In this document: piece after piece, positions 20,348-30,979 of the stretch
How the letters are laid out: every line of letters starts with the position of its first letter
How positions within the stretch are numbered: the stretch's first letter is position 1
Source: an uncultured Clostridia bacterium
GTDB lineage: Bacteria; Bacillota; Clostridia; TANB77; CAG-508
DNA: 64,000 bases
Assembly: GCA_947426305.1 (NCBI GenBank)
Contig: CANEDP010000005.1
Span: 26,404 to 90,403 of the forward strand
Direction: 5' to 3'
The notes under the pieces: generated by a model
Databases searched by the model: none
The model's input: only the letters and a program-made list of their open reading frames with translations
Told to the model about the DNA's origin: nothing
Made by a program: the position numbers and the translations under genes

Positions 20348-20731
20348 ATGAAAATAAAGAAAATAGTGATTTTTTTGATGATATGCGCTTGTTTTGCTTG
20401 CATGATGCCTGCAAAAGTATCAGCAGATGATATTGATACACTTATAAACCAGATGCAAGATGTACCAAAGGTAGAAGCAGGAAGTACAGGTGGTCAAATT
20501 GGAAGTGTTATTAATGCCATTATAAAACTAATTCAAATTGCTGGAACGGGTGTATCAGTTGTTATTGTAACAGTACTTGGCATCAAATATATGCTAGCAA
20601 GCTCTTCTGAAAAAGCAGATATTAAAAAAATGGCAACACCAATTATTGTTGGATGTGTATTGTTATTTGCGGCATCGAATTTGGTGGCAATCATTGCTAG
20701 TGTGGGAGATGGATTGAATGTTGCTAGTTAG
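20348..20731 (+). CDS. small secreted two-helix membrane protein, VirB2/TrbC-like pilin architecture (paralog 2)
   Basis: A 127-aa protein with the same architecture and loop motif (LASSSEKADIKKMA) as the upstream paralog. Confidence 0.6.
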   Translation: MKIKKIVIFLMICACFACMMPAKVSADDIDTLINQMQDVPKVEAGSTGGQIGSVINAIIKLIQIAGTGVSVVIVTVLGIKYMLASSSEKADIKKMATPIIVGCVLLFAASNLVAIIASVGDGLNVAS

Positions 20732-20807
20732 CGTAAAGAGTTGACATTTTACAAAAAATATGGTATAATAATAGTAACAAAAATAGAATTACGAAAGAAT
20801 AAAGGAT

Positions 20808-21839
20808 GTGAGGAAAATGAAAACGATAAAAGATCCAGAAACTAAAATACTAAATATGAAAATCATTAGTGAAGAACCAAATGAAGAAAATGACAAAAAA
20901 ATTCGACTTGAGAAATTAAAAGTTTATCAACAATTTAAAAAATATAAAAGCATGATGAATGTGTATACTAGACAGAAAAATGTAGCGAACTTGAAGAATC
21001 TTTTAAAAATTAATGATCCTAGTAAAAGTTTGGAAAATTTTTTCAAAATGGAAGGCTTGGATCCTAGTAAAGATATTGACCAATATCGAGATTTTAAGCG
21101 AGTTGTTGACCATGTGAGATCAGAAAATCCGGATTTGGGTGATTTAAGAGATGTAACATCTAGCAGTCATCGAAAAGTAATCAGTGATATTATAAATAAG
21201 ACCCAAAAAGGAAAAGAAATATGTGCTACAGATTTGGATTTTGTGGCTGTTATAGAAGGATATGGACTGTATAGTGCAATGTCTGATATCCAATATGGAA
21301 AAGATCGAAAAGATGCTATTCAAAAAAATGGGATTACAGAAGAAATGTTACAAAATGCTGAGGCTAGAAAAAGGATATTTGATGAGGAAACTACCAAAAG
21401 TCTATATCAGCGTGCTTACCAAGATATGGATGAAATCATTTTTATTACCGCTGGCGTATTGGAAATAGGAATTGGGGAAGCCAAAACTGATTTAGAGAGT
21501 TTTGGAGTTATTCATACAAAAGAAAGAGAAATCGATAGAGAACGAGATTTATTGGTAGAAAAAGAAGAGCCACAAGAGTATAAAATGATGATATTTGAAA
21601 GAGCATTAAATAAGTATAAAGGTGATCCAGAATTGACAAAACAAACGGTTGGTTTGATGGAAGATTATTTAAATAAAATTGAAGAACATAATAAGTATCG
21701 AGAAGCATTAGAAAAATCATATAGAAGAAAAAATAATGGAAATCCCTCACCAGTTTTTTTAAGAGAACTAAAGGAATATCAAGAAAGAAACGAGGTGGGA
21801 GAAAAAAAGATACTGGAAGATGATAGAGAAATAGGGTAA
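20808..21839 (+). CDS. hypothetical cytoplasmic protein (343 aa)
   Basis: Long ORF of charged/helical character with no recognised domain. Followed by a bidirectional terminator. Confidence 0.6.
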   Translation: MRKMKTIKDPETKILNMKIISEEPNEENDKKIRLEKLKVYQQFKKYKSMMNVYTRQKNVANLKNLLKINDPSKSLENFFKMEGLDPSKDIDQYRDFKRVVDHVRSENPDLGDLRDVTSSSHRKVISDIINKTQKGKEICATDLDFVAVIEGYGLYSAMSDIQYGKDRKDAIQKNGITEEMLQNAEARKRIFDEETTKSLYQRAYQDMDEIIFITAGVLEIGIGEAKTDLESFGVIHTKEREIDRERDLLVEKEEPQEYKMMIFERALNKYKGDPELTKQTVGLMEDYLNKIEEHNKYREALEKSYRRKNNGNPSPVFLRELKEYQERNEVGEKKILEDDREIG

Positions 21840-21847
21840 AATAAAAA

Positions 21848-21876
21848 TACCAGCAGAAGATGCTGGTATTTTTTCA
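21848..21876. terminator. bidirectional rho-independent terminator (taccagca-gaaga-tgctggta + T-run)
   Basis: Perfect 8-bp stem followed by TTTTTT. It sits between convergent genes. Confidence 0.7.
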
Positions 21877-22194
21877 ACGCCAGAAACATTGGCAACCGTC
21901 AAGTATATAGATTTTTTCTTTGACAGGTTTTGCCTTTTTCCGGTGGTAGGGCAACTCGTTTGATGAGAAAACTTTTTTTGAGCTGACTAAATGTACAATC
22001 TCTTTATAAGCAGTTAGCATCTCCTCATCTTCATAGTTGATTCCTGACGTTGTTTCCAAGACAAAAAATTTTATTAAAAAATCTTTTGTTTCTTCAGAAA
22101 AAGGAAAAGCAATCTCGCCCTTGTTCCGAAAAGCACAACTATCGATGACGAAGTCTTCGTCCCAAAGTTGTGTTTCTAATGTGATAATGTCCAT
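21874..22194 (-). CDS. hypothetical protein (106 aa)
   Basis: Strong RBS (aagggag). Contains an in-frame CGG codon (plus-strand CCG 21940-21942) read as Arg without a frame change. Confidence 0.5.
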   Translation of the reverse strand: MDIITLETQLWDEDFVIDSCAFRNKGEIAFPFSEETKDFLIKFFVLETTSGINYEDEEMLTAYKEIVHLVSSKKVFSSNELPYHRKKAKPVKEKIYILDGCQCFWR

Positions 22195-22519
22195 GAGATT
22201 TCACTCCCTTCTATATTAAATTTTCTATAATTTTATTATACCACATTTTCCAGATTATGTCAATACTTATAGGGTAGGCAAATACAAAAGAAATTTTCAG
22301 TTAATTTCAAGATAATTTTTCATATCTCGACAACTTTTTTGTTATTTTTGTAATTAAGGCTTGTTTTTTTAGCATAAATGTAATAAAATAGAAAAAAATT
22401 ATCACAAATTGTAGAAGACTTTTCTGATATTCAGGCTATAAAACGACAAAAAATTTAAAAGTTTAATGGTTTAATTACTTATAGAAAGAGAAATATTGGA
22501 AAAGTAGAGGTGGTTAAGG

Positions 22520-24907
22520 ATGTTTCAAAATATAACAGAAAGTGCTAGCGAAAGAGAGAATCAAGTTAGCAAAATTAGTTTCATTTTAAAAGAATTTTTA
22601 AAAGTACAAAATCTTATTTTATTTGTTTTGACATTTTGTATGTCAACTTTATCAATTGAAGAAGAAATTACACCATTTGGACTAGCTATGGTTGCAGCAA
22701 CTCTAAGTAGTGGAGTGCCTGTTTTTGGCGTATTAATCGCTGGTGCAATTGGAACATTGATGGGAAACGGAGTAAGTGCATTTTTAAATTTTGTATTAAG
22801 TAGTATTATTTACTTTGCTTTGGTACTTATTTTTAAGCCAAAAGTTGCAGTTGACGAAAGAAATGAGTGGTTAAAAACAGGAAAACGCTTATTTATAGCG
22901 TGTTTTATTGTTACGTTTTTTCAAAATGTGAAAGGAATTGTTCTTACTTATGATGTATTTATGGCAATTGTTGTAGGTGCATTAACGTATGTTTTTTACA
23001 AAATATTTGTAAATGGACTTGTTGTGATAAAGGAAATCAGAACCAAAAAAGCATTTACTTTGGAAGAATTGATTGGAGCCACTATCATTGTTTCTATAGC
23101 AAGTATTGTTTTAAATGGAATCAATGTATTTGATTTGCATTTGAGTAATATTGTCATTATCTTTTTCATTATGTTGCTTGGCTGGAAAAATGGGATGTTA
23201 GTTGGTGGTATAGCAGGCTTGGGAATAGGGCTTGTGGTTTCTATGATTGAACTTCAAAATGGCTTGCAAATTGCTGTGTTTGCCGTTTCTGGGATTTTGG
23301 CAGGAGTATTAAACCGATTTGGAAAAATCGGAGTGATGGTCGGTTTCATTTTAGGAAATAGTTTGCTGATTTATTTGTCAAATGGAGATACTATAAAAAT
23401 CATTTATTTTCGCGAAATATTTATTGCGGCACTTGGACTACTTTTTGTGCCTAGCAATATCAAAATCGAAATCGAAGATTTGGTGGGAAGAAATAAATTA
23501 TTGAGTGATTTAGGCGAAAATCGTTTGAATGAAAACGAGGAAATGCTTGATAAATTGAACATTATCTCAAATACCATTTCAGAGATGGTACTTGACAAAC
23601 AAGAACCAATTGCGAATTTAGAAGAAGATTTTAAAGATATTTTATTGGGAAATTTAGAAGAAATACCAAACAATATGTTTTATGAAGATATCATTCATGA
23701 AGAAAATCATATTGCAGACGATATTTACAGAGCTTTGCAAGCAAATGATATTTTGCTAGAAAATGATTTTATTGAAATACTAAAAAATCATAATAATTAC
23801 ATTATTATGCAAGATACTACGATTAAAAATGATTTGCAAGAAGTCATCAAAATGATTAATCGTTCTTATAAAATGTTGCAAATGGAAACCATGAAAAAAC
23901 AAGAAAAAAATAGAAATTTGAAAACCATGAAAAAAGGTTTGGAAGATATTTCAAATGTCATTAAAAATAGTGTCAAAACTACGAAAAGTGGTGCTAAAAG
24001 CAAATTTGCAAGCAAAGAAAAGGAATTAACGGTTTTATTACAAAGCAAATATCCAAGCACAATTTCTTGTCAAATTAGACAAGCTCAAAACGGCAAATAT
24101 ATGGCGGATATTGCATTTTCCGATAGCAAAGTTAAAGACAAACAATACATTGCCAATATTGCAAGCATTTTAAGCAAAAGTCTTACTTCTAAAATGACTT
24201 TTATGCAAGATGCCAAACAAGGAAATTATGTACAGACTTATACAAGCGAGGATTTATATACTTTAAAAATTGGAAGCAGTAAAGTCACAAAAGAAGGAAG
24301 CACTGTTTCTGGAGATTGCAATTTGCAAATGAAACTAAAAGATGGCAAATATTTACTAGCCATTAGTGATGGTATGGGAAGTGGAAAAAGTGCTCGAGAA
24401 AGCAGTAAATTGACTATAAAAATGCTAGAAGAAATGCTACTTAATGGATTTGACAAAGAAGAATTGATTAGTCTTATCAATGATAAGGTAAATTTTAATA
24501 CAGATTCAGAAATGTATGCTACATTAGATTTTGCGATTCTAGATTTGTACACAGGAAACGTAAAGACTGCGAAAAGTGGTGCGTGCAATACGTATATCAA
24601 AAATAAGAAAAATATCAAAGTCATTGGCTCACAGACAATGCCTGTGGGAATGTTAGAAAAAACGGAATTAGATGTGCAAAATATTCAAGTAGAAGATGGC
24701 GACATCATTGTCATGTGTAGTGATGGATTATTAGAAACGCAAAACGAAATCAAAGAAGATTGGATTGCAGAATATTTAAAAAATATTAATACAACGAATG
24801 TTCAAAAAGTGGCTGATTTAATAGTCGCAGAAGCGATTGATAACAGTTTTGGCATGGCAAGAGATGATATTACTGTGATTATTGCAAAAGTGGTCAAACA
24901 AAAATAA
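22520..24907 (+). CDS. spoIIE: stage II sporulation protein E (PP2C phosphatase SpoIIE)
   Basis: About ten N-terminal TM helices, a long linker, and a C-terminal PP2C domain (ISDGMGSGKSARESS ... DGDIIVMCSDGL). Confidence 0.9.
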   Translation: MFQNITESASERENQVSKISFILKEFLKVQNLILFVLTFCMSTLSIEEEITPFGLAMVAATLSSGVPVFGVLIAGAIGTLMGNGVSAFLNFVLSSIIYFALVLIFKPKVAVDERNEWLKTGKRLFIACFIVTFFQNVKGIVLTYDVFMAIVVGALTYVFYKIFVNGLVVIKEIRTKKAFTLEELIGATIIVSIASIVLNGINVFDLHLSNIVIIFFIMLLGWKNGMLVGGIAGLGIGLVVSMIELQNGLQIAVFAVSGILAGVLNRFGKIGVMVGFILGNSLLIYLSNGDTIKIIYFREIFIAALGLLFVPSNIKIEIEDLVGRNKLLSDLGENRLNENEEMLDKLNIISNTISEMVLDKQEPIANLEEDFKDILLGNLEEIPNNMFYEDIIHEENHIADDIYRALQANDILLENDFIEILKNHNNYIIMQDTTIKNDLQEVIKMINRSYKMLQMETMKKQEKNRNLKTMKKGLEDISNVIKNSVKTTKSGAKSKFASKEKELTVLLQSKYPSTISCQIRQAQNGKYMADIAFSDSKVKDKQYIANIASILSKSLTSKMTFMQDAKQGNYVQTYTSEDLYTLKIGSSKVTKEGSTVSGDCNLQMKLKDGKYLLAISDGMGSGKSARESSKLTIKMLEEMLLNGFDKEELISLINDKVNFNTDSEMYATLDFAILDLYTGNVKTAKSGACNTYIKNKKNIKVIGSQTMPVGMLEKTELDVQNIQVEDGDIIVMCSDGLLETQNEIKEDWIAEYLKNINTTNVQKVADLIVAEAIDNSFGMARDDITVIIAKVVKQK

Positions 24908-25003
24908 AAGGCGTGGAAATTTTTGGAAACAAAAATTTACTTGCATTTTATTGATAAAAGTTTTTGCTTAAATTTTTATCAACAAATAAGGTAGGAGGTG
25001 CCT

Positions 25004-26518
25004 ATGAGTAGAGGAAGAAGATATGATGATACACCGAAATTGAACGTAAAAAAAGTAATTGCAACAATTGTAGCGATTATTGTGCTGATTATGTTTGTCA
25101 TTTCCATTAAAAATTTGTTATCTCGTACGTTTATTACAAAAAACGTAAGTACAGTGGATACTTATTTTCCTGCGTACACGAATGGAAAATGGGGCGTGAT
25201 TGACAATCATGGAAATGAGATACTTCCATGCACACAAGATGAAATGGTAATTGTTCCCGATAAAAACACAGATTTGTTTATTTGTCTATCCAATGCAGAT
25301 TATGAAAATGAGACATTTGATACAAAAGTTGTGGACAAAGAAGGAAAAGAGATTTTAACGAATTATAGCCATGTACAAGCAATTGAAAACTCAGATGGAA
25401 CCGATATTTGGTATGAAAACAACGTTTTAAGATTTGAGCAAAATGCAAAATATGGATTGATTGATTTTAAGGGAAAATTGATTTTGAATGCAGAATATGA
25501 TAAGATTTATGCCTTAGAAGGCATTCAGAAAAATCTAATTATTGAAAAAGATGGATTAAAAGGCTTGGTTAATACGAGCATGGGAGAAGTGATTGTTAAA
25601 CCAGAATATAACGAGATTTATACCTTGACGCAAACTTATGAAAATGGTTATATTGTCAGCAAAAATGGAAAATATGGATTGATTAGTGCAGATGCTAAAG
25701 TAATATTTGAGCCAATTTATGAAAAAATCAAAAATGTTACGGCAAACGGAAATTATGTCGTTACACAGAACGGAAAAATCAATTTAATTAATAACAAAGG
25801 CGAAACAATCTTAGCAAGTGCATTTGATGACATCGAAGAAATTAATGGAGAAAATTTGACTATACGATTAAATGGTTCGTATGGTGTTATTGATGTAACA
25901 GGAAACACGGTTCTGACAAGCGAATATGAAGACTTGAAATATATATATGGTACATATTATATCGCTAAAAAAGCAGGTAAGTATGGTGTTATTTCAACAA
26001 CAGGAGAAACTATGGTTGATTTTCATTATGCCTCTATGGAATACATAAAAACAGCGGATTTCATCCAGGCGGAAAAAGAAAATTATAAAACAGATTTAAT
26101 GAATCGTGACTTTAAGGTTGTTTTGGAAAACATAATTGTATCTGAATTAAATTTAGAAAATGGTTATGTAAGAATTAGAGAAGGTGATGAATACAATTAT
26201 TATAATTTCAAATTTGAAAGGAAAACAAGTAAAGAAATATTAACAACTAATACGTTATTTTTAGTAAAAGAATTTGGAAAATATGGTTACGAAAACAAAA
26301 ATGGTGATCGAATTGTAGATTGTATCTATGACGATGCCAAAGAGCAAAACCGATTTGGTTATTGTGCTGTCAAAAAAGATGGTGTTTGGGGAGACTTAAA
26401 ATCAGATGGAAGTGTCGTTGTAGAACCAAGTATCAATTTAGACGAATTTTTATATGTTGATTTTATCGGAAATTGGCATCTAACCAAAGATTTAAACCTA
26501 AATGTGTATACCAAATAA
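25004..26518 (+). CDS. WG-repeat (KWG) containing membrane-anchored protein
   Basis: N-terminal TM helix followed by about twelve repeats of the NGKYGLID/KYGVIS type. The start was placed at the ATG at 25004 after a GGAGGT RBS. Confidence 0.8.
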   Translation: MSRGRRYDDTPKLNVKKVIATIVAIIVLIMFVISIKNLLSRTFITKNVSTVDTYFPAYTNGKWGVIDNHGNEILPCTQDEMVIVPDKNTDLFICLSNADYENETFDTKVVDKEGKEILTNYSHVQAIENSDGTDIWYENNVLRFEQNAKYGLIDFKGKLILNAEYDKIYALEGIQKNLIIEKDGLKGLVNTSMGEVIVKPEYNEIYTLTQTYENGYIVSKNGKYGLISADAKVIFEPIYEKIKNVTANGNYVVTQNGKINLINNKGETILASAFDDIEEINGENLTIRLNGSYGVIDVTGNTVLTSEYEDLKYIYGTYYIAKKAGKYGVISTTGETMVDFHYASMEYIKTADFIQAEKENYKTDLMNRDFKVVLENIIVSELNLENGYVRIREGDEYNYYNFKFERKTSKEILTTNTLFLVKEFGKYGYENKNGDRIVDCIYDDAKEQNRFGYCAVKKDGVWGDLKSDGSVVVEPSINLDEFLYVDFIGNWHLTKDLNLNVYTK

Positions 26519-26527
26519 AATACTGTA

Positions 26528-26552
26528 AGGGCTGGTCTTGACCTGCCCTTTT
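26528..26552 (+). terminator. rho-independent terminator downstream of the WG-repeat gene
   Basis: Hairpin agggctggtcttgacctgccct followed by a T-run. Confidence 0.5.
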
Positions 26553-26568
26553 TCAAAGGAGAACTAAA

Positions 26569-26935
26569 ATGAAAATCAGTTGCGGAACAGATGTAATCGA
26601 AATCGAAAGAATTCAAAAAGCAATCGAAAATATAGGTGATAAATTTTTACAAACCGTTTTTACTGGAAACGAAATTACCTATTGCGAAGCAAGAAAAACA
26701 CAAAAATATCAACATTATGCAGCAAGATTTGCGGCCAAAGAAGCGGCTTTCAAAGCGTTGGGCGATATCATGAAAAAACGGAATGGATTGGCAAAATTTT
26801 GAAGTTGTCAAGTGCGAAACAGGAAAGCCAGAATTAAAAATATATGAGAAAATAGACGATTTAGAAAGTATTGACATCAGCATTTCCCATTGCAAACAAT
26901 ACGCCACAGCCAATGTCGTTGCCATATTCAAATAA
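26569..26935 (+). CDS. acpS: holo-[acyl-carrier-protein] synthase; interrupted by a +1 frame change at CGG 26779-26781
   Basis: The N-terminal part (MKISCGTDVIEIERI ... FAAKEAAFKALG) is in frame 1 and the C-terminal part (MDWQNFEVVKCETGKPEL ... ISISHCKQYATANVVA) in frame 2. A 1-nt change in the adjacent A6 run is an alternative explanation. Confidence 0.75.
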
Positions 26936-26948
26936 AAGGAGAAAAATC

Positions 26949-27726
26949 ATGCAATTTTTTGATTCCCACGCTCATTATAATGACGAAAGATTTCAAGAAG
27001 ATAGAGAAAATATTATTTCCCAAATATATCATGACAATATAACTAAAATTACTTGTGCAGGCTACAATGTTCAGTCAAGTGAGTTTGCACGAAATTTAAG
27101 CAACCAATATGATTTTGTATATGCCACAGCAGGAATATCACCAAATGATATTGAAGATGCAAAAATAGAAGATATTGAAAAAATTTGTCAAATTGCCCAA
27201 AACGACAAAATCGTTGCTATTGGCGAAATCGGTTTGGATTATTATTGGAATCAAGAAAATAAAGAAAAGCAAAAAATGTTTTTTGTCCAGCAAATTCAAC
27301 TTGCAGATAGACTTGATTTGCCAATTGTTATTCATTGTAGAGATGCTGTGATGGACACTTTGGATATTCTAAAACATAAAATCAATCCCAAAAGGAGAGG
27401 CATTTTTCATTGCTGTATGCTGAACAAAGAACTGATTAAAGAAGCCGTAAAACTAGGTTTTTACATTTCTTTTAGCGGAAATATAACCTTCAAAACTGCC
27501 AAACCAAATGAGGCAGTAAACGAAGTGCCACTTCGGCAAACTTCTAATTGAAACTGACAGCCCCTATCTAACACCAGAACCATTTAGAGGTTCGAGAAAT
27601 GACTCGAGAAATGTAAAATTAGTTGCGAAAAAAATTGCGGAAATTAAAAATAGAAGTATAGAAGAAATTGCGAAAATTACATTTGAAAATGCAGAAAAAG
27701 TGTATCAAATATCACTTGACAAGTAA
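26949..27726 (+). CDS. tatD: TatD family hydrolase (metal-dependent DNase); interrupted by a +1 frame change at CGG 27534-27536
   Basis: Starts MQFFDSHAHYND. Skipping the C gives VPL-GKLLIETDSPYLTPEPFRGSRN ... and the ORF then continues to 27726. Confidence 0.75.
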
Positions 27727-27821
27727 AAAAAAATATGCTTAAATGGTAAATAGAAAATGTCAAATTATTTCTATTTTTGGTAGAATAGAATAAAATGATT
27801 TTATAAAAGGAGGTAAAATTT

Positions 27822-28376
27822 ATGGGATTGATAATAGTTGCAATTATTGTTATTTTATTGATTGTTATTGTAGGAATGTATAATGGATTGGTAACATCTA
27901 GAAATAAAGTGAAAAATGCATGGAGCCAAATTGATGTACAATTGCAAAGGAGATTTGATTTAATTCCGAATTTAGTAGATTCTGTGAAAGGTTACATGAA
28001 ACACGAAGAAGGTGTTTTAGCCAAAGTCACAGAACTTAGAACATCTTGGGCAAATGCTACAACAATTGGCGAAAAAGCGGAATTAGATAACCAATTATCT
28101 GGCGCATTAAAAACGATTATGGCAGTTTCAGAAAATTATCCAGACTTAAAAGCTAATCAAAATTTCAGTGAATTACAAGAAGAATTAAGAAATACAGAAA
28201 ATAAGATTTCATACTCAAGACAATTTTATAATGATAGTGTTACTATGTATAACACAAAGTTGGAATTATTTCCAACCAACATTATTGCTGGGATGTTCAA
28301 CTTTAAAGCAGAAGAATTATTCAAAGCAGAGTCAGACGAAGCTAGAAAAAATGTCAGAGTTGATTTCAATAATTAA
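27822..28376 (+). CDS. lemA: LemA family protein
   Basis: N-terminal TM helix and the LemA core (YNGLVTSRNKVKNAWSQIDVQLQRRFDLIPNLV). Confidence 0.85.
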   Translation: MGLIIVAIIVILLIVIVGMYNGLVTSRNKVKNAWSQIDVQLQRRFDLIPNLVDSVKGYMKHEEGVLAKVTELRTSWANATTIGEKAELDNQLSGALKTIMAVSENYPDLKANQNFSELQEELRNTENKISYSRQFYNDSVTMYNTKLELFPTNIIAGMFNFKAEELFKAESDEARKNVRVDFNN

Positions 28377-28433
28377 ATGAGAAAGCAGAAGGGGTGCAAA
28401 GTTTGCGCCCTTATGTTTTAGAAAGGAGAAATC

Positions 28434-29330
28434 ATGTACGAAGATATCAAGAAAAATAAAAGAAAAACAGGTATGATTGTGTTTTCGTTTTTGCTAATGA
28501 TTACATTGATTTTGTATTACATATGTTATATGTTTGACATCAGTAGCGGTGTGGCAATCACGATTGCACTTACATTTTCGATTGTTTCGACCATTGCAAC
28601 TTATTATAATTGTGATAAAATCGTTTTGGCGAGTGTAAAGGCAAGAGAGGCGACGCGTGAAGAAGATTTGCAATTGACGAATATTTTGGATGCGCTAATG
28701 GTGGCTTCTGGTTTGGAGCATAAACCACGTTTGTATGTGATAGAATCGAGTCAGCCCAATGCTTTTGCAACAGGAAGAAATCCAGAAAATGCTATTATTT
28801 GTGTAACCACTGGGCTTTTGCAAAAATTGGATTATTATGAATTAGAAGGCGTTGTGGCACATGAATTATCACACATCAAAAATTATGATATTTTGCTTTC
28901 TGCGGTGATTAGTGTTATGGTTGGATTTGTGATTATGTTGTCAGATATTTTTACGAGAACGATGTTTCATTCATCGAAAAGAGATCGAGATGAGGATAAC
29001 AAAGGAAATGGCATTTTGATGATAATTGGTTTAGTATTTTTGATTTTATCGCCGATTATTTCCAATTTAATTCAGTTAGCGGTATCTCGTAGAAGGGAAT
29101 ATTTGGCGGACGCCACAGCTATTGGATTTACGCGTAATCCAGACGGATTAATTTCTGCCTTGAAAAAAATATCAGCAGATGATTCAAAATTAGATGTCGC
29201 AAGCCAAAGTAATGCGTATATGTACATTGCCAATCCGTTTCCAAAGAAAAGAGTGAAGGAGGCGAGCAGTTTGCTTTCGACACATCCTTCGGTGGAAGAA
29301 AGGGTGGCAGCGCTGGAGAATTTGAAATAA
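28434..29330 (+). CDS. htpX: zinc metalloprotease HtpX (M48 family)
   Basis: TM helices and an HEXXH motif (HELSHIKNYD). Shows the typical lemA-htpX pairing. Confidence 0.85.
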   Translation: MYEDIKKNKRKTGMIVFSFLLMITLILYYICYMFDISSGVAITIALTFSIVSTIATYYNCDKIVLASVKAREATREEDLQLTNILDALMVASGLEHKPRLYVIESSQPNAFATGRNPENAIICVTTGLLQKLDYYELEGVVAHELSHIKNYDILLSAVISVMVGFVIMLSDIFTRTMFHSSKRDRDEDNKGNGILMIIGLVFLILSPIISNLIQLAVSRRREYLADATAIGFTRNPDGLISALKKISADDSKLDVASQSNAYMYIANPFPKKRVKEASSLLSTHPSVEERVAALENLK

Positions 29331-29499
29331 AGGAAAGGGTCGTATAGACTCTTTTTTTTATAAGGGGTTGACAAATTATGTAAAATAATATATACTTATT
29401 CTGTTAATATTAATTTGGTAAAATCTCTCCGAGGTATTGACTAATAGAAAGGAGAGTCAATTGAAAGATTTCACCAACTATAAAAAAAGGAGAATAAAC

Positions 29500-30345
29500 A
29501 TGAAGAAAAAAGTATTGGGAATGATCGTAATGATTATGGTGGTTGCAATGATGTTCAGCATGAGTTCGGTGTATGCAAAGGAGAAAGAAGGCACTGAACT
29601 AAAAGAATATGACGAAATAACTCCTGAAACATATGCAGAAATGGAGCACGCAACAGAAGCAGATCTTAGGCGGTATTTAGGTGGTGAATATACCTATCAA
29701 TATGAAAAATTGAATGAAGAATTATATGTGAAACCGAAATCAATCTTGGATTGGGAAAAGGTAAATGCGCCTGCTATCATCTTATATGAAAAAAGACCAA
29801 CATTAGTATTTATCAATGGGGAAGGCAGACTGATGTATTTGCCAATCGGAGAGTATTTTACCGATGCAAAAATGGCTTATGAAACGCCGCACTGTATGAC
29901 TAATGAAGGGGAAGAACTGATTAATAGCAATGAGATTGCAGCATATAAGTACATAAAGGCAGAAGGCAAAATAGAAGCATGGAGATATAATCATTTGCAT
30001 TTCACTTATACTGTTCCTCAAAATGCTGAATATTGTGGCTTTTCAAGAAATGTAGGTTTTCTGTTTCGCTCAGGTACAGATGTATATACTTATACACATA
30101 TGTCAAGATTCTCAAGGGTATTTTTGAAAGAAACAATTTTGATTGCACATGATGTACGTGAGGTAATTGTTTCTAATTATGACTACGATGAAGAAAACTT
30201 AAATGCACCGCTTTTCTTCATGGAAGATGGCAGTTTCAAAGCCTATGTCATCAATATTGATGACATAGATGAAGAACAGGCTAAAAAGACGGAATTTGCA
30301 GCAAAAAAATATTTAAGATCTCCGATATATGAAGGCGGATATTAA
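29500..30345 (+). CDS. hypothetical secreted protein
   Basis: Signal peptide (MKKKVLGMIVMIMVVAMMFSMSSVYA) and no recognised domain. Carries an in-frame AGG-CGG pair (CGG at 29671-29673) read as Arg-Arg without a frame change. An upstream in-frame start at 29437 is possible. Confidence 0.6.
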   Translation: MKKKVLGMIVMIMVVAMMFSMSSVYAKEKEGTELKEYDEITPETYAEMEHATEADLRRYLGGEYTYQYEKLNEELYVKPKSILDWEKVNAPAIILYEKRPTLVFINGEGRLMYLPIGEYFTDAKMAYETPHCMTNEGEELINSNEIAAYKYIKAEGKIEAWRYNHLHFTYTVPQNAEYCGFSRNVGFLFRSGTDVYTYTHMSRFSRVFLKETILIAHDVREVIVSNYDYDEENLNAPLFFMEDGSFKAYVINIDDIDEEQAKKTEFAAKKYLRSPIYEGGY

Positions 30346-30371
30346 AAAAGTGTTAATTATTAAGTCTTTCA

Positions 30372-30404
30372 AGAAACTGGACTCCATCTATAAGTGAGTC
30401 CAGT
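30372..30404 (+). terminator. rho-independent terminator (actggactc...gagtccagt + T-run)
   Basis: A 9-bp perfect stem followed by TTTTGCATTTT. Confidence 0.55.
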
Positions 30405-30519
30405 TTTGCATTTTATATTAATAACGCATTATTTGTTCACACAAAATTCACAAAAAAACAATAAAACAGAAATGATTTTGTGATATAGTAAAAACAATAT
30501 AAGAAAAAGGAGAGAAAAA

Positions 30520-30966
30520 ATGATAGCAATTGGTTGTGATCATGGTGGATACCAATTAAAAGAAGAAATTAAAAAATATTTTGCTGAAAAAGGAATAGAA
30601 TATAAAGATTTTGGAACATATAGCGAAGAAAGAACGGATTATCCAATATATGCAAAAAAAGTAGCGGAAGCTATTCAAAGAAAAGAATGTGATTTAGGAA
30701 TATTGGCATGTAGAAGTGGAGCTGGAATGACAATTGTTGCTAATAAGTTTAAAGGTATAAGGGCAGCCAATTTCACCAATGAAGAAGAAACAAGACAATC
30801 TACAGCAGATGACAAAATAAATATAGCTATTTTGGGGGGAGATTTTATTACGGCAAACCAAGCAATTTGCATAATAAGGAATTGGTTAGGGACAGAATTT
30901 AAAGGTGGTAGATATCAAGAAAGATTACAAATGATAGAAGAAATTGAGAATGAGAACATGAAATAG
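30520..30966 (+). CDS. rpiB: ribose-5-phosphate isomerase B (RpiB/LacAB family)
   Basis: Starts MIAIGCDHGGYQLKEEI and contains ACRSGAGMTIVANK. 148 aa. Confidence 0.85.
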   Translation: MIAIGCDHGGYQLKEEIKKYFAEKGIEYKDFGTYSEERTDYPIYAKKVAEAIQRKECDLGILACRSGAGMTIVANKFKGIRAANFTNEEETRQSTADDKINIAILGGDFITANQAICIIRNWLGTEFKGGRYQERLQMIEEIENENMK

Positions 30967-30979
30967 AAAGGTTGTTAAA

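Noticed and set aside
26773-26778. A6 homopolymer as the cause of the acpS frame break
   Set aside because: Not fully rejected. A 1-nt length error in the A-run would also rejoin the frames (IMKNGMDW). The break nevertheless coincides with an in-frame CGG like the nine other sites, most of which have no homopolymer.
26871-26948. N-terminal extension of the tatD ORF (MTSAFPIANN...)
   Set aside because: It is the alternative-frame read-through of the acpS 3' region. The true tatD start is the ATG at 26949 after an aaaggag RBS.
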